Positions 48,103 through 58,675 of a stretch of DNA of 64,000 nucleotides are shown here, piece after piece. The position numbers were made by a program, and so were the translations under genes. Origin of the DNA: Opitutales bacterium (GTDB taxonomy: Bacteria; Verrucomicrobiota; Verrucomicrobiia; Opitutales; JABSRG01); contig JBMYOQ010000003.1 of the NCBI GenBank assembly GCA_049599475.1, positions 64,001 through 128,000 on the forward strand, given 5' to 3'. Within the stretch, counting starts at the first letter, position 1, and the number at the start of each line of letters is the position of its first letter. Below the pieces are notes generated by a model, which was given only the letters and a program-made list of their open reading frames with translations, was not told the origin of the DNA and searched no databases.

Positions 48103-48465
48103 ATGAAATCAATATTAATTGCGGATGACTCCGCAAGCATGCGCCAGATGGTGGAGTTTACCCTTCGTGGAGCTGGCTATAACGTAACCAGCTGTCCTGA
48201 CGGCGAAGCGGCCTCCCAAACCGCACAAGGTCAGGCCTTCGACATGGTCCTGACCGACCTCAATATGCCCGGGAAAAACGGCATAGAATTGATTCGCTCC
48301 ATCCGCGGAAGTGGCCCCAATGCGACCAAACCGATAATCATGCTCACCACCGAGTCTGATCCTGAAAAGAAGCAACAGGGCAAAGCTGCCGGAGCCACCG
48401 GTTGGATCGTGAAACCCTTTGATGGAGATAAACTGATCGCGGTCGTGAAGAAAGTCCTTCGCTAA
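48103..48465 (+). CDS. cheY: Chemotaxis response regulator CheY
   Basis: ADDSASMRQM, LTDLNMP, MLTTES and GATGWIVKPF. Confidence 0.95.
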   Translation: MKSILIADDSASMRQMVEFTLRGAGYNVTSCPDGEAASQTAQGQAFDMVLTDLNMPGKNGIELIRSIRGSGPNATKPIIMLTTESDPEKKQQGKAAGATGWIVKPFDGDKLIAVVKKVLR

Positions 48466-48508
48466 AATCACCGGCAATACACCACCCTTTTAGCACTGCC
48501 CTGCTACT

Positions 48509-50632
48509 ATGCCAGATTCCGACCCATCCAAGGCATTCGCTGCCGCTTTCGTCGAAGAAGCCGCGGATCTCCTCGAAGAGATCGAAAACACGCTCATGGA
48601 GCTCGAACAAAACACGAGCAACCGTGACCTACTCGACCGCCTTTTCCGGGCTATTCACACGCTCAAAGGCTCGGGATCGATGTTCCAGTTCGAGGCCCTC
48701 GCCAATTTTGCGCACATTGTAGAGACGGTGATGGACCGAGCTCGCGACGGGAAAATCGATTTCACAGAAAAGCTGGCTGATACGATTTTACGCTGCCGCG
48801 ATTACTTCAACGAATTGCTGCAAGCCCAGCTAAACAGCATCAACGCATGCCCCGACACCGGAAAGCAGCTTGAGACCGAGCTGAAAGCCTACCTCGAGAC
48901 ATCCGCATCGAGAGATGAACCGACAGACACCGACTCCGCCAGCGATGACACCGAAGACGATCCCAATGCGGAATACGTAACCTGGGTATATTTTAAACCC
49001 GATCCCCTCATTTCAAAAAACGGTAACGACCCCGCAATATTGCTCGGAGACCTTCAGGAAACGGGCCCTAGTGTAGTGATCGTAGATGACAAATTCGAAC
49101 CCGAGGATATCGAAGACTTCGATCCCACGAATTGCTACCTGTCCTGGGACATTTTTATCGGAGGATATATTTCTGACGAAGCGATTGAAGATGTCTTTTT
49201 ATTTGTAGCGGAAGAAAGCGATATCGTCGTCAACCGTATTAAATTGCCCGGCTCAAATCCCCCCTCGCTCGAAGAGCCTCCAAAAATCGCCGCGAAAGCA
49301 TGGGAAGAAAGCCCTGATCGCGAACGCTCCCGTGCATTAGCTCATCTAAAGGCTGCCTTCACTCCACAAGTCCCGGAACAAGCTGCTACTCAACCCGAGG
49401 CAAAGTCTCAATGCGAAGCCGCACCGAAGACTGCCACAAATACGAAATCCCAAGAGAGTATTCGTGTCGCCGCACCCCGCATTGATGATCTCGTAAATCT
49501 AGTCGGCGAACTCGTGATTAACCAATCGCGCCTCGTTCAATTGGCCCAAGGCCTAGGCTCCGCCGAAATGGTAACCGCAGTCGAGGAAACGGAACGCCTT
49601 GTCGGGAATCTGCGCAACAACGTGTTGAGCATTCGTATGATGCCGGTGGGTACTATGTTTACCAAAATAAAACGCTTAGTCCGCGACCTTTCCCAGACAC
49701 TGGAAAAGCCGGTAGAGCTGACTTTAAAAGGCAGCGAAACGGAACTCGATAAATCAGTCATTGACCAGCTCTTCGATCCCTTGGTTCACATCATCCGCAA
49801 CTCGATGGACCACGGAATCGAGTCCGCTGAACAACGCGCCGCATCTGGAAAGCCTGAAAAAGGCAATCTCACCCTCGAGGCCATTCACAAGGGCGCATCA
49901 GTCATGATTCGTATTCAGGACGATGGCGGCGGCCTCAATGCTGAGAAAATCCTCCAGCGTGCGATCGAGCGAAAGATCGTGCCTGAGAATGTCCAACTGA
50001 GCGAAAACGAAATTTACGATCTGATATTCAAACCCGGCTTCTCCACAGCTGAGACCATTTCCCAAGTATCTGGGCGCGGAGTCGGCATGGACGTCGTAAG
50101 GCGCAGCATCGAGGAGCTACGCGGACAAATTCATCTAGACTCTGAACCAGGCAAAGGCACTACGCTTTCACTCACACTTCCGCTCACGCTAGCCATTATC
50201 GACGGCCTTCTCGTAGAAGTCGATCGGGACCGCTTCATCATACCGATGTCTCTGGTCACGGAAAATGTCGAAATCAGCAACGAGGAACGTTCACAAAACA
50301 ATGGTCGCAATTTAATTACTGTAAGAGGTAAGCAAATACCCTTTCTACGCCTGCGAGAAGTATTCCAATACGCCACGACCCCCGACCCCGATCTTGAAAA
50401 GGTTGTATTATTAGAAACGGACAACGGGCGCATTGGCTTTGTCGTAGATCGCGTCATAGGCACTCACCAAACGGTCATACAATCCCTGGGGCGCACCCTC
50501 GCCCACATCGACCTCGTATCCGGATCTACAATACTTGGAGATGGCTCTGTAGCTTTGATTCTAGACGTCCCGGGAGTCGTCAAAAGTGCAAGCGAACAAG
50601 ACCGCTCAACTCAATTACGGCAAAGCGCCTAA
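48509..50632 (+). CDS. cheA: Chemotaxis histidine kinase CheA
   Basis: FRAIHTLKGSG, P2-like region, LVNLVGELVI, HIIRNSMDHGIE, SGRGVGMDVV and one CheW domain. Confidence 0.96.
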   Translation: MPDSDPSKAFAAAFVEEAADLLEEIENTLMELEQNTSNRDLLDRLFRAIHTLKGSGSMFQFEALANFAHIVETVMDRARDGKIDFTEKLADTILRCRDYFNELLQAQLNSINACPDTGKQLETELKAYLETSASRDEPTDTDSASDDTEDDPNAEYVTWVYFKPDPLISKNGNDPAILLGDLQETGPSVVIVDDKFEPEDIEDFDPTNCYLSWDIFIGGYISDEAIEDVFLFVAEESDIVVNRIKLPGSNPPSLEEPPKIAAKAWEESPDRERSRALAHLKAAFTPQVPEQAATQPEAKSQCEAAPKTATNTKSQESIRVAAPRIDDLVNLVGELVINQSRLVQLAQGLGSAEMVTAVEETERLVGNLRNNVLSIRMMPVGTMFTKIKRLVRDLSQTLEKPVELTLKGSETELDKSVIDQLFDPLVHIIRNSMDHGIESAEQRAASGKPEKGNLTLEAIHKGASVMIRIQDDGGGLNAEKILQRAIERKIVPENVQLSENEIYDLIFKPGFSTAETISQVSGRGVGMDVVRRSIEELRGQIHLDSEPGKGTTLSLTLPLTLAIIDGLLVEVDRDRFIIPMSLVTENVEISNEERSQNNGRNLITVRGKQIPFLRLREVFQYATTPDPDLEKVVLLETDNGRIGFVVDRVIGTHQTVIQSLGRTLAHIDLVSGSTILGDGSVALILDVPGVVKSASEQDRSTQLRQSA

Positions 50633-50671
50633 ACATCAAAATTTAACAATAAATCCACACTGCCAAATAAT

Positions 50672-52477
50672 ATGAGATTCACCATAAAATTAAAACTAGC
50701 GGCAGGATTTGCCGTCATCCTCGGCCTCTTGGCATTCGCGTCATACGAAAGCCTCGTCAAGATGGACGAAATGCACACGCAGATCGAAACCCTCGTGGAC
50801 GAGTCTGCAGAACGCGTGCGCCTCGCAAAAACCGTTGACATTGAAATGCTCGAAATTGCGCTCGATGAAAAGAAGATCATTCTTGCCGCAGACGCCAAGG
50901 AGAAGGAAAAGATCTTCAAGCACTCGGATAAGATTATCCAATCGATGAAATCCGACCTGAAAGCCTTGGCCGCAATCGAAGACGATGCCGGGCTCCGGAA
51001 ACTCGAGAAATTCCAAACCGTTTTCGATGAATATCTCGGCTTTAATAAAGAGATCCGCGAGATGTGTCTAGCCGGTCAAAAAGATGAAGCTCTGGCACTC
51101 GCCATGGGAGACAGCAAAACGCTTTTAGACGAAGCCTCTGCATTAATGATGGAGGTCGTAAAAGCCAGCGAACAGTCGATGCAAAGGGATAAAGCCGCCT
51201 CCGAAGAGACTTATAGCGCCGCTCTTAGCCTGCTTATCACCGTCTCTGCCGTAGCCATGATTGTCGGAACTGTCATCGCGTTATATATCGGCGTATCCAT
51301 TTCACGTGGCGTGAATAAAGCCGTAGAAGTCTGCCAAGCCGTATCAGTCGGAGACCTCACCCAAAAGGTCGAAAACCTTTCCAATGATGAGGTAGGCGAC
51401 CTACTTAAGGCTCTAAACCGGATGATCGATAACCTCGCAGAAACGGCTCATACCGCCGAGAAAATCGCCGGCGGCGACCTGCGCGTTAAGGCAAAGATTT
51501 TATCCGAAAAAGACACCTTAGGGCAGTCCCTTGACAGCATGATTCAGAGCCTCCAGCGCGTGGTCGGTGAAGTCGCATCAGCCTCAGACCAAGTTGCTGC
51601 TGGCAGCCAGGAATTGAGCGCGACGGCCCAGCAACTTTCGCAAGGCGCCACCGAGCAGTCCTCTGCTGCCGAGGAAACATCCGCCTCAATCGAAGAGATG
51701 TCCGCGGGCATCCAGCAAAATGCAGACAACTCTCGCCAAACTGAGCAGATCGCGATCAATGCCGCTGCCAATGCCAAAGATGGCGGAGAAGCTGTCACGC
51801 AAACGGTCGAATCCATGCGTTTGATTGCCGACAAAATTTCTATCATTGAAGAGATATCTCGGAAGACCGACCTGCTCGCCCTGAATGCCGCAGTCGAAGC
51901 CGCACGCGCCGGAGAACATGGGCGCGGGTTCGCTGTAGTGGCCTCTGAAGTACGCAAACTTGCCGAACGCAGCCAAGCATCCGCTGCCGATATCCGCGAC
52001 CTATCCGCCAATGGCGTATCCATTGCGGAGAAGGCCAACGGACTGATCGAAGAACTCATTCCAAACATCGGCCGCACCTCGGATTTGGTCCAAGAAATCA
52101 GCGCCGCGAGTGCTGAGCAAAATACCGGAGCTTCGCAAATCACCAAGGCGATCCAAGAGCTCGACGAAGTCATCCAGCAAAACGCATCGGCTTCTGAGGA
52201 AATGGCATCGACTTCCGAGGAGCTTTCATCTCAAGCAGACCTACTGCTCAGTTCTGTATCCTTCTTCAAAACAGACGGCGCTCCCCCGAGCAGCCAGTCC
52301 GCGCCTCAACAAGCGACACCCGCCCCGGCGCCCGTGTCAAGCCCGGCAAGCAAACCCGCCGTAAAAGCTCAGGAACCGGAGCGAGACAGCGGAAGCGGCC
52401 CCATGATCGACTTGGATGCCGATGACGATTTTGCCAACGCTGAGGCAGGCTCAACAGGCGGCTTCGAGCGCTACTAA
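50672..52477 (+). CDS. Methyl-accepting chemotaxis protein (TM, four-helix sensor, TM, HAMP, signalling domain) with C-terminal pentapeptide GFERY
   Basis: [34 protein letters not shown]; two TMs; Pro/Ala-rich tether ending GGFERY. Confidence 0.96.
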   Translation: MRFTIKLKLAAGFAVILGLLAFASYESLVKMDEMHTQIETLVDESAERVRLAKTVDIEMLEIALDEKKIILAADAKEKEKIFKHSDKIIQSMKSDLKALAAIEDDAGLRKLEKFQTVFDEYLGFNKEIREMCLAGQKDEALALAMGDSKTLLDEASALMMEVVKASEQSMQRDKAASEETYSAALSLLITVSAVAMIVGTVIALYIGVSISRGVNKAVEVCQAVSVGDLTQKVENLSNDEVGDLLKALNRMIDNLAETAHTAEKIAGGDLRVKAKILSEKDTLGQSLDSMIQSLQRVVGEVASASDQVAAGSQELSATAQQLSQGATEQSSAAEETSASIEEMSAGIQQNADNSRQTEQIAINAAANAKDGGEAVTQTVESMRLIADKISIIEEISRKTDLLALNAAVEAARAGEHGRGFAVVASEVRKLAERSQASAADIRDLSANGVSIAEKANGLIEELIPNIGRTSDLVQEISAASAEQNTGASQITKAIQELDEVIQQNASASEEMASTSEELSSQADLLLSSVSFFKTDGAPPSSQSAPQQATPAPAPVSSPASKPAVKAQEPERDSGSGPMIDLDADDDFANAEAGSTGGFERY

Positions 52478-52493
52478 CTCAGGATCGCCAAGC

Positions 52494-53030
52494 ATGAAAT
52501 CCTTCGATGCAGAGAGCCTCACAGGCCAATATATTACCTTCAAGCTGGGCGATGAAACCTTTGCAGTCAGCGTCCATCAAGTCAGAGAGGTTTTAGACAT
52601 CACCGAGTTTGCCCGGATACCCAACGCTCCCGACTACATGCGCGGAGTCGTAAACGTGCGCGGTAGCGCGATCCCCGTGGTCGACCTTCGCAAAAAATTC
52701 GGACTCCCTAGCACTGAACCCTCGGACGACTCACGCATTGTCATCATCGAACTCCAGACTGAGGATGAAGTCTGCGTGGTCGGCGGTATGGCAGATTCTG
52801 TGAAAGAGGTCCTTGAGCTTCGGTCCAGCGATATCGACGAGCCCCCGAAGCTCGGCGTTAATTGGCACAGCGAGTTCATCCAAGGTCTGGGGAAACAAGG
52901 CGACGAGTTCATCATACTGCTCAACATGCAGCACCTGTTTGAAATGGATGATCTCGCCGACACGCTCACCGAACTCAATCAAGACCAACTTGAAGCGGCC
53001 GCGCAACCTGCAGCGCAACCCGGTAAGTAA
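52494..53030 (+). CDS. cheW: Chemotaxis coupling protein CheW
   Basis: QYITFKLG..FAV..VREV, GVVNVRG..PVVDLR and DSVKEV. Start at ATG 52494. Confidence 0.94.
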   Translation: MKSFDAESLTGQYITFKLGDETFAVSVHQVREVLDITEFARIPNAPDYMRGVVNVRGSAIPVVDLRKKFGLPSTEPSDDSRIVIIELQTEDEVCVVGGMADSVKEVLELRSSDIDEPPKLGVNWHSEFIQGLGKQGDEFIILLNMQHLFEMDDLADTLTELNQDQLEAAAQPAAQPGK

Positions 53031-53039
53031 GGCCAAACC

Positions 53040-53876
53040 GTGTTCACTAAGACACCCCTAAGCGAGCTCGTCTTCAAAAAGCTGACGCAGCATATCCATG
53101 AGCACATGGGAATCATGCTAACGGATAAAAAGCGATCCATGCTCGAGAGCCGAATGGGCCGAAGGTTGCATAATCTTCAACTCAAGGATCTCAATACTTA
53201 TGGGAATGGGGTGCTGAACCGAAGCCTACCCGCTTCTGAGATGTCGCTCTTCTATGACCTCGTAACCACTAACAAGACAGATTTTTATCGGGAGCCTGTG
53301 CATTTCGATTTTTTGATAAAAGACGTTGTCAGCAAATACGTAAGAAGTAGCCAGGCGAGCAAGCGCTTTAAAATTTGGTCGGCTGGGTGTTCAGAAGGCA
53401 TGGAGGCCTACACAATCGGCATGCTGCTGAGCGACGTCTGCAAAAAGCATCCACATTTCGACTACAGGATTCTCGGTACCGACATTTGCAACGCCGCACT
53501 GAAGCGCTCGCGAAATGCAATATACAATAAAAGAGAAATCGAACCTATACCCGAAAAAACGCGGCAAAAATACCTACTCCGCGGCAAGGACAAAAATGAA
53601 GGCATTTACAAGATTGATCCCGCAATCACTCGGCGCTGTAGCTTCCAAACTCTCAATTTCATGGAGGCCCCCTACCCCATTAAAAGCAAGTTCCATGTGA
53701 TTTTTCATCGCAACGTTCTCATTTATTTCGACAAGCCCACCCAAGAACACGTGGTCCGCAACTTAGTGGATCACCTATTGCCCGATGGTATCCTATTTAT
53801 CGGACATGCAGAATCCATTTCGGGTTTTAACCTACCTCTGAAAGCGCTAGGGCCCACCACGTTTCAAAAAATCTGA
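53040..53876 (+). CDS. cheR: Chemotaxis methyltransferase CheR
   Basis: TTNKTDFYREPVHF, WSAGCSEGME.YT, GTDI, RNVLIYFD and IGHAES. Confidence 0.94.
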   Translation: MFTKTPLSELVFKKLTQHIHEHMGIMLTDKKRSMLESRMGRRLHNLQLKDLNTYGNGVLNRSLPASEMSLFYDLVTTNKTDFYREPVHFDFLIKDVVSKYVRSSQASKRFKIWSAGCSEGMEAYTIGMLLSDVCKKHPHFDYRILGTDICNAALKRSRNAIYNKREIEPIPEKTRQKYLLRGKDKNEGIYKIDPAITRRCSFQTLNFMEAPYPIKSKFHVIFHRNVLIYFDKPTQEHVVRNLVDHLLPDGILFIGHAESISGFNLPLKALGPTTFQKI

Positions 53877-53894
53877 GTCCCCACATAATACCCC

Positions 53895-55010
53895 ATGAGC
53901 TCCCCGAAAAAGATACAAGTGGTCATCGTCGACGACTCCGCAGTCGTCCGACAAACACTCAGCCACATTCTAAATTCAGACCCAGATATAGAAGTCGTCT
54001 CCGTAGCCCAAGACCCCTATATCGCGGTTGAGAAGATACGTAAGCACGCGCCGGATGTCTTGACCCTCGATGTCGAAATGCCGCGCATGGATGGCATCAC
54101 TTTCCTCGAGAAAATAATGCGCCAACACCCCATTCCAGTCGTAATGTGTTCAAGTCTCACGGAGGCCGGTGGTGAGCTCTACATGCGGGCCATCGAACTC
54201 GGAGCCGTTGAAGTAATTACCAAACCTCAAGTGGGGGTAAAGGAATCGCTCATGGATGATTCCGTGCGTATTTGCGATGCCATACACGCGGCAGCCCGCG
54301 CAAAAAGCAAAGGCAAAAAGGAATACCGCAAACCTTCCAGAGCCGCCTCCGAACCACGTCAATCAACTGAAAAGCTCAGTGCAGATGCCGTCTTACCCGC
54401 CACACGTCCCAAACACCTCAGAACCACAGAAAAAGTCTTCGTCATTGGCGCATCGACAGGTGGGACTGAGGCGCTAAAAGTGCTCCTAGAGACGTTTCCA
54501 CGAGATTGCCCAGGCACTGTAGTCGTACAGCACATGCCTGAAAATTTCACCGCTGCGTTCGCCAAGCGTTTAGACGGACTGAGCGCAGTAAACATAAAGG
54601 AAGCCGAAAACGGCGACGCCGTTCTCCCCGGTCATGTCTATATCGCTCCGGGAAACAAACATACCTTATTACGGCGCAGCGGTGCCCGTTACTACCTAGA
54701 CGTCCAAGAAGGTCCGCTCGTGAGCCGACACCGTCCTTCCGTCGACGTGCTCTTTCGCTCGGCAGCCCAGAACGCCGGCCCAAACTGTATTGCATCCATA
54801 CTTACAGGGATGGGCGACGACGGCGCCACTGGCATGAAAGAACTCCAAGACTCGGGGGCCTACACAATCGCTCAAGATGAAGCGAGCTGCGTCGTCTACG
54901 GCATGCCCGCCGAAGCGGTTGCACGCGGGGGTGTATCCAAAATATTACCTTTAAACGACATCACATCCGCCATGATCGATGCCGCTAAAGCAGCGAGCCC
55001 AGCAGCGTAA
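53895..55010 (+). CDS. cheB: Chemotaxis response regulator methylesterase CheB
   Basis: [34 protein letters not shown] and GMGDDGA. Confidence 0.96.
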   Translation: MSSPKKIQVVIVDDSAVVRQTLSHILNSDPDIEVVSVAQDPYIAVEKIRKHAPDVLTLDVEMPRMDGITFLEKIMRQHPIPVVMCSSLTEAGGELYMRAIELGAVEVITKPQVGVKESLMDDSVRICDAIHAAARAKSKGKKEYRKPSRAASEPRQSTEKLSADAVLPATRPKHLRTTEKVFVIGASTGGTEALKVLLETFPRDCPGTVVVQHMPENFTAAFAKRLDGLSAVNIKEAENGDAVLPGHVYIAPGNKHTLLRRSGARYYLDVQEGPLVSRHRPSVDVLFRSAAQNAGPNCIASILTGMGDDGATGMKELQDSGAYTIAQDEASCVVYGMPAEAVARGGVSKILPLNDITSAMIDAAKAASPAA

Positions 55011-55049
55011 AAAATTTAGGTTCAACAGGACAAACGTTAGGAGAATAAC

Positions 55050-55490
55050 ATGCCACTCGTAAGACTCATCTATTTCAGCCATAGAAACGAAGACGTCACC
55101 ATTGACGAAATCGAGAAAATTCTAGAAGTTTCCAGGAAGAATAATCGCGGAAAAAATATTACCGGGATACTTTGTTTTCATCAGAACTATTTCTTTCAAG
55201 TTCTCGAAGGGCGCCGCGCCGCCGTGTGTCATCTATACAATAAAATTGCGAAAGATCCACGGCACAGCAATGTCACGATCTCAGACTTCCGAGAAGTCCC
55301 TAATCGCGAATTCAGCGACTGGAACATGGCATATTTTCCCGAATCCAAAATTACTACGCCCGACATACTCGCACACTCGTGCGATGACGATCTGAATTTG
55401 GACGAAATGAGAACCGAGAGCATTATTAAGTTAATCCTTTCTTTCAAAGAAAGAATCCCCGAAGCCCAAACGGCAGGTGCGATAAAGTAA
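55050..55490 (+). CDS. Stand-alone BLUF blue-light photoreceptor
   Basis: LIYFS (Y8), SRKNN (N32), ITGIL, FFQVLEG (Q50), IAKDPRH and FSDWNM (W91, M93); RBS AGGAGA at ~55039. Confidence 0.93.
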   Translation: MPLVRLIYFSHRNEDVTIDEIEKILEVSRKNNRGKNITGILCFHQNYFFQVLEGRRAAVCHLYNKIAKDPRHSNVTISDFREVPNREFSDWNMAYFPESKITTPDILAHSCDDDLNLDEMRTESIIKLILSFKERIPEAQTAGAIK

Positions 55491-55527
55491 ACGGGGAAAA
55501 TTGACCGTGTGGGAGGGCTGAGCTCCG

Positions 55528-55667
55528 GAGGGTGTCTCAAAACTTCGAATATACCTCTATGCGGTAGCGCCCGTTCACCGCAACGGGCATGGGCGCGTCA
55601 GCCAGTGCGGCTAAGGCCGAGTCATGCCGGTTCGGTGACCCGGCGCTACCAATCCTGAGACACCCTC
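55528..55667. repeat. Nested inverted repeats: GTAG REP doublet inside a 12-bp perfect outer IR
   Basis: Outer GAGGGTGTCTCA (55528-55539) / TGAGACACCCTC (55656-55667). Inner GGTAGCGCCCGTTCACCG (55563-55580) / CGGTGACCCGGCGCTACC (55633-55650). Each inner arm forms its own hairpin. Confidence 0.7.
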
Positions 55668-55735
55668 TCCGTATCCCCCGAGAATGTGTGGGTAACATCG
55701 TAAATCCCCGTTGCTTCAATTGCACCCCAAACGGC

Positions 55736-56506
55736 CTAAGGCGCCATGCTTATTTCGATACGTGACACAGACTCGACAGTATCATCATCCCCTTCTTTCG
55801 GGTTGGCTGCGCCAAATCCGGTAACACGCTCAATCTTTTTGGGGTCTAGCGCATAGTAAACTAAGGCGCGCCTCACCGCATTTGCCCGATCCGAGCTCAA
55901 CTCCCACGGACCGTATTCGGGCTCAGCTTCATCCTTAAGTTCGTCGCCAATGTGAGCATCTATGCGTATCCGCATGGGGTGTTGCTCCGTGATCCACGAA
56001 ATATTTTGCATTACCAGGTTGCCCCATGGAGTAAACTGAGTCGAATCGCCTTCGAAAAGTGGTTTATGGCTGCGATTAAACACCTGCAGGCGCAGGCCGT
56101 CCGAGGTAACCGTTACCTTCACGGGAGAATCTTCGGCATCCGTTTCTACGTTTAAGTACTGTAAGAATTCCTGCACGACCGTTTTCACATAGTCGATAGA
56201 GTTATCCCCCATACTATTCTCCGCTTTTCCGGATTGCGCCTCACGGGTATCGGCCGAGGATCCCCCCATATCGATTGGGCTATCACTGGATTGCCCACTC
56301 TCCATATAGCGGAACGGGTTCTGGAACAATTGAACCGACTCCGAGAGCGAAGCCTCATCCTGTCCGATAATCCAGAGAACCATAAAGAGCGCCATCATCG
56401 CACAAAAGAAGTCCGCAGCCGCGACTTTCCAGGCACCGCCATGGAGTTCGACGACAGCTCCCTCATCTACCGGATGACCACGAAGCTCTTTTTCGGGATC
56501 CTTCAT
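55736..56506 (-). CDS. motB: Flagellar stator protein MotB
   Basis: HGGAWKVAAADFFCAMMALFMVLW (essential Asp); OmpA-like PWELSSDRANAVRR..RIEI. Confidence 0.92.
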   Translation of the reverse strand: MKDPEKELRGHPVDEGAVVELHGGAWKVAAADFFCAMMALFMVLWIIGQDEASLSESVQLFQNPFRYMESGQSSDSPIDMGGSSADTREAQSGKAENSMGDNSIDYVKTVVQEFLQYLNVETDAEDSPVKVTVTSDGLRLQVFNRSHKPLFEGDSTQFTPWGNLVMQNISWITEQHPMRIRIDAHIGDELKDEAEPEYGPWELSSDRANAVRRALVYYALDPKKIERVTGFGAANPKEGDDDTVESVSRIEISMAP

Positions 56507-56513
56507 TAAGCGT

Positions 56514-57368
56514 CTACTTCGCTCCCTTTACGAGTTCTTCCAGCTCAGCGGCCGACGGCTTCATTTCCTCTTCAATAAGCCTTCGCCCCATCTCTACGGC
56601 CATGATCGGGGCCATCCCTTTCGCAAATGCTTCAAGACACGCCGCAAGGACTTTGTAATATTGCACCTCTACTTCATTAGCAAAGTGCAAACGTTGGCAT
56701 AAGGGGCCCACAAAACCATAAGCAAAGTATACCCCTAGGAAGGTACCAGAAAGCGCTGCAGCGACCTTATAACCTACCTTACCAGCACCTTGGTCCAAAA
56801 CACCCATCGTTACAATAATCCCCAATACCGCCGCACAAATACCTACCGCAGGTAACGATTCCGCCGCCAAGTGCATTACAGTGATCGGCTTCTCATACTC
56901 TTCTTCGAGGCTGTGGATGTCCGATTTCATCAAGCCTGGCAGTTGCTCGGGCTTGATCTTGGCATCAATAATCGGGCGGAGATTATTGATCAAAAAACTG
57001 GTTCGATGCTCATTTGAAACAAAGGTCTGATACTTACTTAAAATACTACTCGCCGCTGGGTCTTCCATGTGCTCATCGAGCGCAATCAGACCATTCTTAC
57101 GCCCGATCGTGAACAGCTCGAACAGGAGCTGGAGCATTTCTTCAAAATCCTTGCGCGAAGAGCCTCCGCCTTTCAAGACACCTAATACAGCTCCAATCGT
57201 CCCCTTGAGCGCTGAAGGGGGCGATGCAATCACACTCAATCCTCCAGCAATACCGCAAATCAAGATCCACTCAGACAAGTGGAATAAGGCAGCAAGTTTG
57301 CCACCGGCGAGGAGGAATCCTCCTGCGGTACAACCTAATACAATTAATATCCCTACAACTGATGACAT
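56514..57368 (-). CDS. motA: Flagellar stator protein MotA
   Basis: GGFLLAGG, RKNGLIALD, LPAVGICAAVLGII, AALSGTFLGVYFAYGFVGP and AVEMGRR. Confidence 0.93.
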   Translation of the reverse strand: MSSVVGILIVLGCTAGGFLLAGGKLAALFHLSEWILICGIAGGLSVIASPPSALKGTIGAVLGVLKGGGSSRKDFEEMLQLLFELFTIGRKNGLIALDEHMEDPAASSILSKYQTFVSNEHRTSFLINNLRPIIDAKIKPEQLPGLMKSDIHSLEEEYEKPITVMHLAAESLPAVGICAAVLGIIVTMGVLDQGAGKVGYKVAAALSGTFLGVYFAYGFVGPLCQRLHFANEVEVQYYKVLAACLEAFAKGMAPIMAVEMGRRLIEEEMKPSAAELEELVKGAK

Positions 57369-57406
57369 GTTTAAGTGAGTCTATTGCGAATGCTATTTCG
57401 CTATAA

Positions 57407-57433
57407 AACTCGGTAAAAAGAACGGGATATTTA
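57407..57433 (-). promoter_or_regulatory. Putative sigma28 (FliA) promoter for motAB
   Basis: Minus strand TAAA-N15-ACCGAGTT, ~40 nt upstream of the motA start (consensus TAAA-N15-GCCGATAA). Confidence 0.5.
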
Positions 57434-57514
57434 ATGAATATACCGTATAGACAGCTTTGTTGTATCAGGATCTTAATACTGATATTCTATTATCAGTATC
57501 TCTTAAAAATAAAC

Positions 57515-57802
57515 CTAAGTTTTAGTGCGTCGTGCACCTAATGATTCGCATACGAGCTCGATATTCTGCCCGCAACTGCATTTCACCAAAATCTTCTTAA
57601 CTTCCTCATCCTCCATCACCAATTGAATCGTCGGTGCATGTTCTCCTTCGGAGATGGTCTCTAAATGCTCCCCGTTAGCAGATGGATCCAAGGCAGAACC
57701 CGGCTCAGGGACCCGCATATTAGAAGCCTCTAGCCCACTCTTCTTCTTTACCTTAACAACCGCTTTGGGCTGCTCGGTACGACCATTGAGAAAACTCTCC
57801 AC
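57515..57802 (-). CDS. Small hypothetical protein with CxCG...C motif
   Basis: Directly downstream of fliA; C-terminal ILVKCSCGQNIELVC. Confidence 0.7.
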   Translation of the reverse strand: MESFLNGRTEQPKAVVKVKKKSGLEASNMRVPEPGSALDPSANGEHLETISEGEHAPTIQLVMEDEEVKKILVKCSCGQNIELVCESLGARRTKT

Positions 57803-57835
57803 GAAAAACTACTCTCTATATAGAACCCCAAGGGC

Positions 57836-58654
57836 TTATTTTTGCATGGATGACTGCAGTGAGCCACGTAGGCCTGAAATGGCTTGGGCGTGAATCTGGC
57901 AAATGCGCGATTCCGTGAGCCCCATCACTTCGCCAATTTCTGCGAAATTCATCTCTTCATAATAATACATTACCAATACCTTCTGAGGCACATCTGGCAA
58001 ATCTTTGATGCGACTGCGGAGGATCTCGAACATTTCACGATTTTCCGCGGTCTCCCGAGAATTCATCTCAGTGGGGTCGCTAATCGCATCGGCGATTGTG
58101 GGTCCCTGCGAGTCTTCAGGATTTGAAGTATGGTCTAGAGGCACATGAGTGATTGGCTGCACTTGGCTCATGAGCCGCGCATATTCCTTCTCATTCATCC
58201 CCAGGTCTTCGCGAATTTCATCCTGAGTAGCGGGTCGGCGCAATTTTGCCTCAAGCTCATTCACACGCTTACGGAGATCCTTGGCTTTCGAACGATTCGA
58301 ACGTGGCAAACAATCAATCCGGCGTAGTTCGTCTAGAATCGCTCCTCGAATGCGAAGAATCGCGTAGGATCCAAAAGATTTCTTCTTCGAAGTGTCGTAC
58401 TTCGAAATAGCCATGATCAAGCCCTTTACCCCGATACTGTAGAGGTCTTCTACATCAATCTTCGAAGGGAAGTGTGTGTTCATTCTTGATACGATGGACT
58501 TTACTAGTGGTAAGTATTTCTCAACAAGCTCCCATGGTGGCTCTCCTTGAGCGCTCCCCTGTTGATTTTGAGAATACGCTTGGGCGGCAGCCTGCATAGG
58601 CGCCTTGGTATCTTCTTTTTTGGAGAGCGTTTCTGTGTCTAAGGATGCAGTCAT
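57836..58654 (-). CDS. fliA: RNA polymerase sigma factor FliA/WhiG (sigma28)
   Basis: LVEKYLPLVK, DLYSIG..GL, YAILRIRGAILDELR..D.LPRS and YYYEEMNFAEIGEVMGLTESRICQIH. Confidence 0.95.
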   Translation of the reverse strand: MTASLDTETLSKKEDTKAPMQAAAQAYSQNQQGSAQGEPPWELVEKYLPLVKSIVSRMNTHFPSKIDVEDLYSIGVKGLIMAISKYDTSKKKSFGSYAILRIRGAILDELRRIDCLPRSNRSKAKDLRKRVNELEAKLRRPATQDEIREDLGMNEKEYARLMSQVQPITHVPLDHTSNPEDSQGPTIADAISDPTEMNSRETAENREMFEILRSRIKDLPDVPQKVLVMYYYEEMNFAEIGEVMGLTESRICQIHAQAISGLRGSLQSSMQK

Positions 58655-58675
58655 TGTATATCAGGGCTATTACAT

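Noticed and set aside
57476..57499. 9-bp inverted repeat ATACTGATA/TATCAGTAT upstream of the motA promoter
   Set aside because: AT-rich, single occurrence; it could be an operator or weak terminator but I cannot support either.
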